The notes under the pieces: generated by a model
The model's database searches: none
The model's input: the letters and a program-made list of their open reading frames with translations, nothing else
What the model was told of the DNA's origin: nothing
Shown here: piece by piece, positions 12,282 to 24,690 of the stretch
Layout of the letters: every line of letters begins with the position of its first letter
How positions within the stretch are numbered: position 1 is the stretch's first letter
DNA from: Chiloscyllium plagiosum
Lineage: Eukaryota
Direction of reading: 5' to 3'
DNA length: 64,000 bases
Assembly (NCBI RefSeq): GCF_004010195.1
Contig: NC_057752.1
Span: 6,088,044-6,152,043 of the forward strand
Position numbers and translations under genes: made by a program

Positions 12282-13251
12282 NNNNNNNNNNNNNNNNNNN
12301 NNNNNNNNNNNNNNNNNNNNNNNNNNNNNNNNNNNNNNNNNNNNNNNNNNNNNNNNNNNNNNNNNNNNNNNNNNNNNNNNNNNNNNNNNNNNNNNNNNNN
12401 NNNNNNNNNNNNNNNNNNNNNNNNNNNNNNNNNNNNNNNNNNNNNNNNNNNNNNNNNNNNNNNNNNNNNNNNNNNNNNNNNNNNNNNNNNNNNNNNNNNN
12501 NNNNNNNNNNNNNNNNNNNNNNNNNNNNNNNNNNNNNNNNNNNNNNNNNNNNNNNNNNNNNNNNNNNNNNNNNNNNNNNNNNNNNNNNNNNNNNNNNNNN
12601 NNNNNNNNNNNNNNNNNNNNNNNNNNNNNNNNNNNNNNNNNNNNNNNNNNNNNNNNNNNNNNNNNNNNNNNNNNNNNNNNNNNNNNNNNNNNNNNNNNNN
12701 NNNNNNNNNNNNNNNNNNNNNNNNNNNNNNNNNNNNNNNNNNNNNNNNNNNNNNNNNNNNNNNNNNNNNNNNNNNNNNNNNNNNNNNNNNNNNNNNNNNN
12801 NNNNNNNNNNNNNNNNNNNNNNNNNNNNNNNNNNNNNNNNNNNNNNNNNNNNNNNNNNNNNNNNNNNNNNNNNNNNNNNNNNNNNNNNNNNNNNNNNNNN
12901 NNNNNNNNNNNNNNNNNNNNNNNNNNNNNNNNNNNNNNNNNNNNNNNNNNNNNNNNNNNNNNNNNNNNNNNNNNNNNNNNNNNNNNNNNNNNNNNNNNNN
13001 NNNNNNNNNNNNNNNNNNNNNNNNNNNNNNNNNNNNNNNNNNNNNNNNNNNNNNNNNNNNNNNNNNNNNNNNNNNNNNNNNNNNNNNNNNNNNNNNNNNN
13101 NNNNNNNNNNNNNNNNNNNNNNNNNNNNNNNNNNNNNNNNNNNNNNNNNNNNNNNNNNNNNNNNNNNNNNNNNNNNNNNNNNNNNNNNNNNNNNNNNNNN
13201 NNNNNNNNNNNNNNNNNNNNNNNNNNNNNNNNNNNNNNNNNNNNNNNNNNN
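12282..13251. other. Assembly gap (N run)
   Basis: Run of N. Confidence 1.
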
Positions 13252-14600
13252 TTCCTAGCGTCCACCCTTTCCCAGCCATGTATTATCTTGTAAGTTTCTA
13301 ATAGATCTCCCCTTAATATTCTAAACTCCAATGAGTACAATCCCAGGATCCTCAGCCGTTCCTCTGTTAGACCTACCATTCCAGGGATCATCTGTGTGAA
13401 TCTCCGCTGGACACACTCCAGTGCCAGGAATGTCCTTCCTGAGGTGTGGGGACCAAAACTGGACACAGTACTCCAAATGGGGCCTAACCAGAGCTTTATA
13501 AAGTCTCAGTACACAATGGTGCTTTTATATTCCAACCCTCTTGAGATAAATGACAACATTGCATTCGCTTTCTTAATCACGGACTCAACCTGCATGTTTA
13601 TCTTTAGAGAATCCTCGACTAGCACTCCCAGATCCCTTTGTACTTTGGCTTTATGAATTTTCTCACTGTTTAGAAAGTAGTCCATGCTTGTATTTTTGCC
13701 AAAGTGCAAGACCTCGCATTTGCTCACATTGAATTCCATCAGCCATTTCCTGGACCACTCTCCCAAACTGTCTAGATCCTTCTGCAGCCTCCCCACTTCC
13801 TCAGTACTACCTGCCTGTCCACCTAACTTTGTATCATCGGCAAACTTCGCTAGAATGCCCCCAGTCCCTTCATCCAGATCATTAATATATAACGTGAACA
13901 GCTGCGGCCCCAACACTGAACCCTGCGGGACACCGATTGTCACCGGCTGCCATTCTGAAAAAGAACTTTTTATCCCAACTCTCTGTCAGACAGCCAATCC
14001 TCTATCCATACCAGTAGCTCACCTCGAACACCATGGGCCCTCACCTTGCTCAGCAGCTTCCCGTGTGGCACCTTATCAAAGGCCAAAACTGGACACAGTA
14101 CTCCAAATGGGGCCTAACAAGAGCTTTATAAAGTCTCAGTAGCACAACAGTGCTTCTTGGTCTAACCTACTTGTCACCTCTTCAAAGAATTCTAACAGGT
14201 TTGTCAGGCACGACCTCCCCTTACTAAATCCATGTTGACTTGTTCTAAATCCAACCCTGCTCTTCCAAGAATTTAGAAACCACATCCTTAATGATGGATT
14301 CTAGGATTTTACCAACAACCGAGGTTAGGCTAATCGGCCTATAATTTTCCATCTTTTGTCTTGATCCTTTCTTGAACAAGGGGGTTACAACAGCGATCTT
14401 CCAATCATCCGGGNNNNNNGCAACCATACTCAACTCAGCCCCCGACTCCCTTTAATTGTTGGGATATTACTCATGTCTTCCACTGTGAAGACTGACGCAA
14501 AGTACTTATTAAGTTCTCCAGCTATTTCCTTATCTCCCATCACTAGGCTCCCAGCATCAGTTTGAAGTGGCCCAATGTCTACTCTTGCCTGTCATTTCTT
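13252..14600 (-). mobile_element. CR1 LINE reverse-transcriptase fragment
   Basis: ORFs GVPQGSVLGPQLFTLYINDLD...KFADDTKLGG and DWKIAVVTPLFKKGSR..ENYRPISLTSVVGKILE. Confidence 0.95.
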
Positions 14601-15183
14601 TCTTATGTTTGTTTCTTATGTTAAAAGACATTTGGATAGGGACATGAATAGGAAAGGTTTAGAGAAATATGGACTAAATGCAGCTAAGTGGGGCTAGTTT
14701 TGTTTGGAAAACTTGGTCAGTATGGACAAGTTGGACCAAAGGGACTGTTTCCATGCTGTATGACCTCTGGGGCAGGTGTATGACCTCCAGCATCTGCAGA
14801 CCTCACTTTCTCCTCTGGGGCAGGTGCCTTGGCCCTCTTGGCCTAGAGGTAGGGACACTACCAGGTAGGGTGAAACTGTTCCTGGAGCGATTGAGAACAA
14901 GTGGACACCAAAAGTGATTGATTTGATTGATTATTTTCACGTGTACCAATATTGTGAAAAATATTGTTTTGCATGCTAACCAGTCACATCATACCTTACA
15001 TAAGTACAACAGGGTAATAGAGCAGAATACAGAATATAGTGTTACAGCTACAGAGAAGATACAGAGAAAGGTAAACTCTAATATGAGAGCTGAAAGAATT
15101 GCAGATGCTGTAAATCGGAAACAAAAACAGAAGTTGCTGGAAAAGCTCAGCAGGTCTGGCAGCATCTCTGAAGAGAAAGTCTT

Positions 15184-15505
15184 GGGGCGGCACGGTGGCT
15201 CAGTGGTTAACACTGCTGCCTCACAGCGCCAGGGATTTGGGTTTGATTCCAGCTCGGGTAACTGTCTGTGTGGAGTTTGCACATTCTCCCCATGTCTGCA
15301 TGGGTTTTCTCCGGGTGCTCCGGTTTCCTCCCACAATCCAAAGATGAGCAAGTTAGGTGGATTGGGCATGCTAAATTGCCCGTAGTGTTAGGTGCATTAG
15401 TCAGGGGTGAATGTAGGGGAATGGGTCTGGGTGGGTTGCTCTTCGGAGGGTCAGTGTGGACTTGTTGGGCCGAAGGGCCTGTTTCCACACTGTAGGGAAT
15501 CTAAT
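15184..15505 (+). mobile_element. HE1-type V-SINE, full length
   Basis: ggggcggcacggtggctcagtggttaacactgctgcctcacagcgcc...gggcctgtttccacactgtagggaatctaatct. Confidence 0.92.
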
Positions 15506-15900
15506 CTTGTGTCTGAGCACCAGGCGGTGTTAGCCTTGCCTGAGGATGCCGTGCAGTCTGTCCGGTGGATTGAGAAGCCCCATGGTTGTAAGGCACAATC
15601 AGGTGAAGCAGGAGTAAGCCATATCTCATTAAAACGGAGTACACAGTTCTTGACAGAAGAGTCAGCAGCCTGAAAGGGTAGAGGTGGCAGGAACCTCAGG
15701 GCATCTGAAGATTAATTTTGACGAGCACTTGAAATGCCATTTTATACACAGTTACGGGCCAAGTTCTGGAAAATGGGATGAGAATGGAAGGATGCTTGAT
15801 ATCTAGCAGGGATGCAATGGGCCTTTCTCTTCTGTTAAAACTTCTGGCTAGTAGTTGGGATCTGGAGTGGGTGATGGAGGCAGTTTCAATCGAGGCATGT

Positions 15901-16400
15901 NNNNNNNNNNNNNNNNNNNNNNNNNNNNNNNNNNNNNNNNNNNNNNNNNNNNNNNNNNNNNNNNNNNNNNNNNNNNNNNNNNNNNNNNNNNNNNNNNNNN
16001 NNNNNNNNNNNNNNNNNNNNNNNNNNNNNNNNNNNNNNNNNNNNNNNNNNNNNNNNNNNNNNNNNNNNNNNNNNNNNNNNNNNNNNNNNNNNNNNNNNNN
16101 NNNNNNNNNNNNNNNNNNNNNNNNNNNNNNNNNNNNNNNNNNNNNNNNNNNNNNNNNNNNNNNNNNNNNNNNNNNNNNNNNNNNNNNNNNNNNNNNNNNN
16201 NNNNNNNNNNNNNNNNNNNNNNNNNNNNNNNNNNNNNNNNNNNNNNNNNNNNNNNNNNNNNNNNNNNNNNNNNNNNNNNNNNNNNNNNNNNNNNNNNNNN
16301 NNNNNNNNNNNNNNNNNNNNNNNNNNNNNNNNNNNNNNNNNNNNNNNNNNNNNNNNNNNNNNNNNNNNNNNNNNNNNNNNNNNNNNNNNNNNNNNNNNNN
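15901..16400. other. Assembly gap (500 N, probably a fixed-size scaffolding gap)
   Basis: Exactly 500 N next to the minisatellite. Confidence 1.
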
Positions 16401-19206
16401 GGGAGGTGAATGTTGTACACAGGCAGCACGGGGAGTGAGGTGAATGTTGGATGGAGGGAGCGTGGGGAGGGAGGCGAATGTTGGATACAGGGAGCATGGG
16501 GAGGGAGCTGAATATTGGATACAGGAGACATGGGGAGGTAGGCGAATGTTGGATACAGGGCGCACGGGGAGAGAGGTGAATGTTGGATACAGGGAGCACG
16601 GTGAGGGAGTTGAATGTTGGACGCGGTGCACGGGGAGGGAGGTGAATGTTGTACACAGGGAGCACGGGGAGGTAGGTGAATATTGGATATAGGAGAGATG
16701 GGGAGGTAGGTGAATGTTGGATACAGGGAGCAGCTGGAGTGAGGTGAATGTTGGATACACGGAGCACGGGGAGGGAGGTGAATGTTGGATACAGGGAACA
16801 TGGGGAGGGAGGTGAATGTTGCATACAGGGAGCACCGGGAGGGAGGTGAATGTTCGATGGAGGGAGGTGAATGTTGGATACAGGGAACATGGGGAGGGAG
16901 GTGAATATTGGATACAGGGAGCACGGGGAGTGAGGTGAATGTTGGATACAGGGAGCACGGGGAGGGAGGTGAATGTTGAATCCAGGGAGCACGGGGAGAG
17001 AGGTGAATGTTGGATCCAGAGAGCACGGGGAGGGAGGTGAATGTTGGATACAGGGAGCACGGGGAAGGAGGTGAATGTTGGATCTAGGGAGCACGGGGAG
17101 GGAGGTGAATGTTGGATACAGGGATCACGGGGAGGGAGGTGAATGTTGGAAACAGGGAGCACGCGGAGGGAGTTGTATGTTGAATGGAGGTAGGTGAACG
17201 TTCAATACAGGGAGCACGGGGAGGGAGGTGAATGTTGGATCCAGGGAGCATGGAGAGGGAGGTGTATGTTGGAGCCAGGGAGCACGGGGAGGGAGGTGTA
17301 TGTTGGATACAGGGAGCACGCGGAGGGAGGTGAATGTTGGATACAGGGAGCACAGGGAGTGAGGTAAATGTTGGATGGAGGTAGGTGAACGTTCAATACA
17401 GGGAGCACGGGGAGGGAGGTGAATGTTGGATACAGGGAGCACGGGGAGGGAGGCGAATGTTAGATACAGGGAGCACGGGGAGAGAGGTGAATGTTGGATA
17501 GAGGGAGCACGGGGAGGGAGGTGAATGTTGGATACAGGGAGCATGAGGAGGGAGGTGAAAGTTGGATACATTGAGGCATGGGGAGGGAGCTGAATATTGG
17601 ATACATTGAGGCATGCGGAGGGAGGTGAATATTGGATACAGGGAGCACGGGGAGGTGAATGTTGGATACAGGGAGCACGGGGAGGGAGGTGAATGTTGTA
17701 TACAGGGAGCACGGGGAGAGAGGTGAATGTTGGAAACAGGGAGCACGGGGAGGAAGTTTAATGTTGGACACAGGGAGCACAAGGTGTGAGGTGAATGTTG
17801 TACACAGGGAGCACGTGGAGGGATGCGAATGTTGGATACAGGGAGCGTGGGGAGGGAGGCGAATGTTGGATACAGGGATCACAGTGAGGGAGCTGAATAT
17901 TGGATACAGGAGACATGGGGAGGTAGGCGAATGTTGGATACAGGGAGCACGGGGAGAGAGGTGAATGTTGGATACAGGGAGCATGGGGAGGGAGGTGAAT
18001 GTTGGATACAGGGAGCACAGGGAGGGAGGTGAATGTTGGATTCAGGGAGCACGGGGAGGTAGGTGAATGTTGTATACAGGGAGCACAGGGAGGGAGGTGA
18101 ATGTTGGATACAGGGAGCACAGGGAGGGAGGTGAATGTTGGATACAGGGTGCACGGGGAGGAAGGTGAATGTTGGATACAGGCAGCATGGGGAGTGAGGT
18201 GAATGTTGGATACTGGGAGCACGGGGAGGGAGGTGAATGTTGGATACAGGGAGCACGGGGAGAGAGGTGAATGTTGCACATGGAGCACGGAGAGGGAGGT
18301 GAATGTTGGATACAGGGAGCACGGGGAGGGAGGTGAATGTTGTATACAGGGAGCACAGGGAGGGAGGTGAATGTTGGATACAGGGAGCACAGGGAGGGAG
18401 GTGAATGTTGGATACAGGGAGCATGGGGAGTGAGGTGAATGTTGGATACAGGGAGCATGGGGAGGGAGGTGAATGTTGCACACGGAGCGCAGGGAGGGAG
18501 GTGAATGTTGGATACAGGGAGCATGGGGAGGGAGGTGAATGTTGCACACGGAGCGCAGGGAGGGAGGTGAATGTTGTATACAGGGAGCGCGAGGAGGGCG
18601 GAGAATGTTGGATACAGGGATCACAGGGAGGGAGGTGACTGTTGGATACAGGCAGCACGGGGAGTGAGGTGAATGTTGGATGGAGGTAGGTGAATGTTCA
18701 ATACAGGGAGCACGGGGAGGGAGGAGAATATTGGATACAGGGAGCACGGGGAGGGAGGTGAATGTTGGATACAGGGAGCACGGGGAGGGAGGTGAATATT
18801 GGATACAGGGAGCACGGGGAGGGAGGTGAATGTTGGATACAGGGAGCACAGGGAGGGAGGTGAATGTTGGATACAGGGAGCAAGGGGAGAGAGGCGAACG
18901 TTGGATACAGGGAGCACGGGGAGGGAGGTGAATGTTGGATACATACAGGGAGCACGGGGAGGTAGGTGAATGTTGGATACAGGGAGCATGGGGAGGGAGG
19001 TGAATGTTGCACACGGAGCGCAGGGAGGGAGGTGAATGTTGGCTACAGGGAGCACGGGTAGGGAGGTGAATGTTGTACACTGGGAGCACGGGGAGGGAGG
19101 TGAATGTTGGATACCGGGTGCACGGGGAGGAAGGTGAATGTTGGATACAGGGTCCACGGGGAGGAAGGTGAATGTTGGATACAGAGAGCACAGGGAGGGA
19201 GGTGAA
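16401..19206. repeat. G-rich minisatellite, 34-bp unit GGAGGTGAATGTTGGATACAGGGAGCACGGGGAG, roughly 80 copies
   Basis: Unit read directly. Minus-strand translations repeat every 34 aa, which equals 3 units. The left end runs into a 500-N gap. Confidence 0.97.
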
Positions 19207-19674
19207 TGGTATATGCAGTGTCAATGATTCCATCAGACTAATGTCATTTATCTTGATATAGCTTCTGAAGAGGATCTGATGTCTGTTCAGACCTATTAGC
19301 TAAACAGGCTGCTCTTATTGTTGTCATGTTTCTGAGATGTCCTTGAAGGAATGTGTTCCATTCAGAAACAGGTTTGGGCTGTTGGTTGACACATCCTTGT
19401 GCTGATTCCTGCCGATTCCATTCTGTAAAACATGGGTGGCTAAGGAATGCTGGCCGCAGTTCTCTTTCCATTTATGGCAATTTTTTCATCTGTCTGATAT
19501 GCATATTAAGGAGATCAGTCGCAGCTTGCTGGTTCCCACAGTCAGTGAATTGGCACCATTTCTGTCCCGAGCTCAGCTGATTTCATTGTGTGACAGCGCT
19601 CAAATTAACAGCAGTTATGAGTGTGCACCTTATTATCCATCTTAAAACATCTTGTGCACAACTTTAAATCTGTA

Positions 19675-20125
19675 CAACAACTTGTACTTATAAAGCACTT
19701 TTAACATCACAAAATGGCCTGAGGCTCTTTGTCGGAATGTTCGAAAATAAATTTTGGTACCACGCCACATCAGTAGCTTTTAGGTCAGAGGTTTGAAGGA
19801 GGAGAGTTTAAGGCCCAAGCAGCTGAAGACAAAGCTACCAATGGCGGAACAATTAAAATTAAAATTGTGTGTGTGTGTAAGAGGTTGGATTTAGAGGAGC
19901 ACAGAGAGCATAGAGTTTGGGGGTTCGGAGTAGATTACAGAGATAGGGAGGGGCAAAGACATGGGCGAATTTGAAACCAAAGGTGGGAATTATAAAATTG
20001 AAGAGTTGCTGGAGTCACTGTAGGTTAGTGAGCATGGGGTGATCGATGAGTGGGATTTGGTGAGAGTTAGGACACAGGATAGCAGAATTGTGGATGTGCT
20101 CGGGTTTATGCAGGGTGGAGCATCA
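19675..20125 (-). mobile_element. L2-like LINE 3' end
   Basis: Tail acaacaacttgtacttataaagcac. Homologous copies at about 7545-7850, 50040-50410, 61380-61665 and 63440-63850. Confidence 0.55.
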
Positions 20126-20129
20126 GAGT

Positions 20130-20966
20130 TGTGATATTATAGACTTCATAACTTTTAATAACTGTTCATGGATTGAATGAATCGGCAAAAGAAAACTGTT
20201 ACACACAAAAGAAAACAGCAATAACTCTGCCTGGAATAAGCAGTTAAGGAACAAGCTGCTACATGGAGACTGAAAACAATAAGCCATGCCTTGGAAAGGA
20301 GGAGGTTGAGATTTCATGAATAAAACTGCTTTGACATCTGCTTTATAAACTGGATGCTTTACTGTCACAAAGGTAGACAAGTAGGAGGCCAGAAGAACAC
20401 AGCAAGTCAGGCAGCATTAGGAGGTGGAGATGTTTCAGGTTTAACCCTTCCTCAGGACACTTATTTCTTATTGTCATAAAGGACAATGATTGGCCTACAG
20501 ACGAATTTAAGGAGTTAAATACAGGAAAGCTTTGTCTTCAAACAGACAGTTAAGGCCAAATGTAGCAAGGAACAAAGAAGCTACTTCTGATAAGAAGGCA
20601 AGCTGCAGTCTCAAGGACTCCAGGAGGACAATCAATATTTTGGATGAAAGGTCTTTAAGAAATCATCAATCTATCACCTCAGAGATCTGAAGGAGGAAAT
20701 TCTGTGTAAGAATTGAACAGCAAAACTCCCCTTTAGCAGAAGTCCGGAGAACAACTTTGCATAAAGTTTGAATCCTCGACACAGGTTCCACCATGAATCG
20801 GATAATAGCAAAGTCAGGCTATTAGGCTTAACTTGCTTATTGAGGGGTCTTAATTTAGTTGCTACGTGCAATAAAGTGTAAATCAGTGTTTCAGGACTTG
20901 ACTGCCTGTGAGATTTCTTAATAAATAGCCGAATTAAATGTAACTTGTGGTGATTTAGCCACAACA
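20130..20966 (+). mobile_element. Solo LTR (TG...CA, 4-bp TSD GAGT) inserted in an L2-like LINE; contains a PLE terminus at about 20385-20460
   Basis: gagt|TGTGAT...CCACAACA|gagt. The host L2-like sequence resumes after the TSD. Confidence 0.75.
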
Positions 20967-21864
20967 GAGTACTCTAGTCTTGAGGTTACAAAGACCAAGT
21001 GCATCATAATAAAAATTGAACAGGACGCACAACTTTCTCAATTCATTCAGATGACTCTCATACTGCAGTGATGTATCAGGGTTAGGTTGACAACATGCTG
21101 CAGAGAAATAACAGGGTGTAAACATCAAAGGATGTTGAAACCAACTTAAAATAGCACTAGTTCAGGGCACACCTTAGAAACTGGTTATTTTACATTCTGA
21201 TTGAGCATCATTGGACAAAAATGTTTTAAAGACGTCAATTTGCTGCAAATCTTGTGTATCATAGATTTTTTAGCATTCGTTTCTGGAATGTGAGCATTTC
21301 TGGCAAAACATTTATTGTTGAACCAATGGAAAATCATCAGGTTCTCATACACCCACCACTGAAGTCAGTGGTGCATTTGACTTATTCTGGTGCCATTAAC
21401 TGTTGGACATAGCTTATGCTGGGTAACCCATCATATATTGCAGAAAGACGACTGGTTTTCACAGCGAAATGTATTGAACAGTGTCTCGCAAACTCCCAGT
21501 TCAGAGATTGCACCTTCACAAGTAATTTTAATTCAAGGTGAACATGCACACCTGGGGTTATTTTCTCTCTTCTGCTCTGGAAAGAGTTGAATTTTGCTGG
21601 GAGGCAATTCCATGGACACTGGTTATCAGCCAGTGGTTTACGTTACAGAGATGGTGGTGTCATGGTAATGGCACTGGACTAGTAATCCAGAATGCCAGGT
21701 TAACGTTCTGGGGACGTGGGTTTGAATCCCACCTTGGCTTGGAGTGCCTATCAAGCGGGCTGCTTTGTCCTGGATGGTGTCAAGCTTCTTGAGTGTTGTT
21801 GGAGCTACAAGAATCCAGGCAAATGGGGAATATTCTATCACAGTCCTGACTTGTGCCTTGCAGA

Positions 21865-22765
21865 TAGAGTCATAGAGATGTACAGCATGGAAACAGACCC
21901 TTCGGTCCAACCCATCCATGCCGACCAGATATCCCAACCCAATCTAGTCCCACCTGCCAGTACCTGGCCCATATCCCTCCAAACCCTTCCTATTCATATA
22001 CCCATCCAAATGCCTTTTAAATGTTGCAATCGTACCAGCCTCCACCACATCCTCTTGCAGCTCATTCCATACACATACCACCCTCTACATGAAAATGTTG
22101 CCCCTGAGGTCTCTTTTATATCTTTCCCCTCTCACCCTAAACCTACGCCCTCTAGTTCTGGACTCCCCGATCCCAGGGAAAAGACTTTGTCTATTTATCC
22201 TATCCATGCCCCTCATAATTTTGTAAACCTCTATAAGGTCACCCCTCAGCCTCCGACGCTCCAGGGAAAACAGCCCCAGCCTGTTCAGCCTCTCCCTGTA
22301 GCTCAGATCCTCCAAGCCTGGCAACATCCTTGTAAATCCTCTCTGAACCCTTTCAACTTTCACAACACCCTTCCAACAGGAAGGAGACCAGAATTGCATG
22401 CAATATTCCAACAGTTGCCTGACCAATGTCCTGTACAGCCGCAACATGACCACCCAACATCTGTACTTAATACTCTGACCAATAAAGGAAAGCATACCAA
22501 ACGCCTTCTTCACTATCCTATCTACCTGCGACTCCACTTTCAAGGAGCTATTAACCTGCACTCCAAGGTCTCTTTGTTCAGCAACATTCCCTCGGACCTT
22601 ACCATTAAGTGTATAAGTCCTGCTAAGATTTGCTTTCCCAAAATGTAGCACCTCACATTTATCTGAATTAAACTCCACCTGCCACTTCTCAGCCCATTGG
22701 CCCATCTGGTCCAGATCCTGTTGTAATCTGAAGTAGCCCTCTTCGCTGTCCACTACACCTCCATT
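21865..22765 (-). mobile_element. CR1/HER1 LINE 3' 0.9 kb, nested in an older LINE
   Basis: ORF 22085..22930 (LQQDLDQMGQWAEKWQVEFNSDKCEVLHFG...[17 protein letters not shown]). The older LINE continues on both sides (21735-21865 and 22765-22890). Confidence 0.92.
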
Positions 22766-22894
22766 TTGGGGTTTCAGGAGGTGAGTTACGCGCTGCGGTA
22801 TCCCTAGTTTCTGACCTGCTCTTGTAGCCACTGTATTTATGTGGTGAGTCCAGTTGAGCTTCTGGTCAATGGTAACCCCAAGGATATTGATTTT

Positions 22895-23262
22895 TTTTTT
22901 CTTTATTCCTTCATGGGATGAGGGCATCACTGGCTAGGCCAGCATTTATTGCCCATCCCTAATTGCCCAGAGAGCGGTTAAGAGTCAACCACATTGTTGT
23001 GGGTCTGGAGTCACATGGGCCAGACGAGGCAAGGACAGCAGATTTCCTCCCCTAAAGGACATTAGTGAACCAGATGGGCTTTTCCTGATAGTTGACAGTG
23101 GATTCATGGTCATCATTAGACTCTTAGTTCCAGAGGTTTTTAATTGAATTCAAATCCCACTGTCTGCTGTGGCAGATTCAAACCCGGGTCCCCAGGACAT
23201 TATCTGGGTCTCTGGATTAACAGTCCAGCGATAATGCCACGAGGCCATCCCCTCCCCATCAG
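22895..23262 (-). mobile_element. Second tRNA-derived SINE family with a CR1-like tail
   Basis: Related copies at about 1265-1730, 35245-35855 and 21650-21735. Motif ggacattagtgaaccagatggg and B box gggtttgaatc. Confidence 0.7.
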
Positions 23263-24489
23263 TGATGGTAACACTATTGAATGTCGTGGGGCGATGGATA
23301 GATTCTGTCTTGTTGGAGATGGTCACTGCCAGGTATTTGTGTGGTGCGCATGTTACTTGCAGCATCTCAGCGCAAACCTGGATATTATTTGGATCTTGTT
23401 GCATTTGAACATGGACTGTTTTAGTATCTGAGGAGTCGTGAATGGTGCTGAACATTGACAAACATCCCCACTTCTGGCCTTATGATGGAGGGAAGATTAA
23501 CCCTTAACTGCCTTTAGAAAAAACTGAGCATGCCACTTAGGTCAAGAGCAATTATGTCTGGCTAACAAAGCTGGACTCAGCAGCTGTGCCTATATCCAGT
23601 AACACCTCCGTCCAGGTGTGAACTGTGGTCATTAATGGTCCCCGTCTGGAAGGGTGTGCAAGTCTGTGAGTAGGTTTTTTTTGTGTATGTCTATGTCTCT
23701 ATGGATGTGTGTGTGTGTCTAAGCTGTCTGTGAGTACATTTGTCTGGGTGTGTGTAGGTCCATCTTTGTGTATGACTGTAGTTTGGAACAGGAGAGACTG
23801 TGATGACCTTGTATTTGTAGTTTTCCCTTTCATGAAACATTTACTCAGGTCAGTTGCCTTACGTTTCCCACAACTTGGTACAAAACTCAAAATCAGTGCA
23901 AGTTTGGCAGGGTTATACTACAGCTTATGCCCACAAATTTCAAGAAACCACATTGGTTTAGAATTTAATTGATAGTGGACTCACTTTCCAAGCATAAAAA
24001 CAGATGCTTTCTGCAGTGGAAATGCCCTATCCCACTAAAATATCTCCCATTTCAGTATTAAAACTCCAGGCTCCAAATAAGCTTTAGGTGTTTGCAAAAG
24101 CAGATAGAAAGTCTGATGCCTGATTGAGGTGCCCCTTCCTGAAAGGGTTGCCCAGAACAAATTGCTGCTTCGTACAGGCTAACCAAGTCATGTCTTCATA
24201 GGAACTATTGGTGGTCTCAACTAGAAAGATGGGTTTAAACAATCATACTTACCTGAGTGTGGAACTGGAAGATGCTAAGATGTTTCCAGAGTAGCTGCTT
24301 TGAATACTCAGGCAAAATCCACCTGGATGTGGGTTTTCTCCTTCATGACATTAACTGGAGTTTGTCCAAAACCTCCTTTCCACCTAATCCTTTGTAATAT
24401 CCAGCTTGTCCTCTTCTACTATTACCAGTTCCCCTTTGATATCCTCTTCAGTGAAAACAGGCACAAGATTTGTTCATTATCCCAACTGA

Positions 24490-24690
24490 AAAGCAAAATA
24501 CTGCAGATGCTGAAGATGAGAGCTAAAACGGAAAGGTCTGGCAGCCTCCGTGGAGAAAGACAAAAGAGATAATGTTTCAGGACAATGATCTTTCTGTAGA
24601 ACCCCCATCATCAAACCTGAAATGAAAGCTCTTTCACTTTCTCCAGAGGCTGCCTGACCTTCTGAGCATTTCCAGCACTTTATTTGTGTT
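24490..24690. mobile_element. Older palindromic PLE-terminus element (family B-like)
   Basis: aaaatactgcagatgctg...aatgtttcagg / cctgaaatgaaagct...ctgcctgaccttctgagcatttccagcac. Confidence 0.55.

Noticed and set aside
12015..13466. Long ORFs of 349-428 aa
   Set aside because: Mostly X from the N gap. The real parts are a PLE GIY-YIG fragment and a CR1 fragment.
15184..15260. tRNA gene
   Set aside because: The A and B boxes belong to the tRNA-derived head of a multi-copy HE1 SINE.
16401..19206. CRISPR-like array
   Set aside because: Head-to-tail repeats with no unique spacers, eukaryotic context and no cas genes.
15696..19233. Many 100-490 aa Pro/Ser/Cys/His-rich ORFs suggesting a mucin- or keratin-associated-like protein
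   Set aside because: They are translations of a 34-bp (non-triplet) minisatellite, open in all three minus frames, with no signal peptide or splice context.
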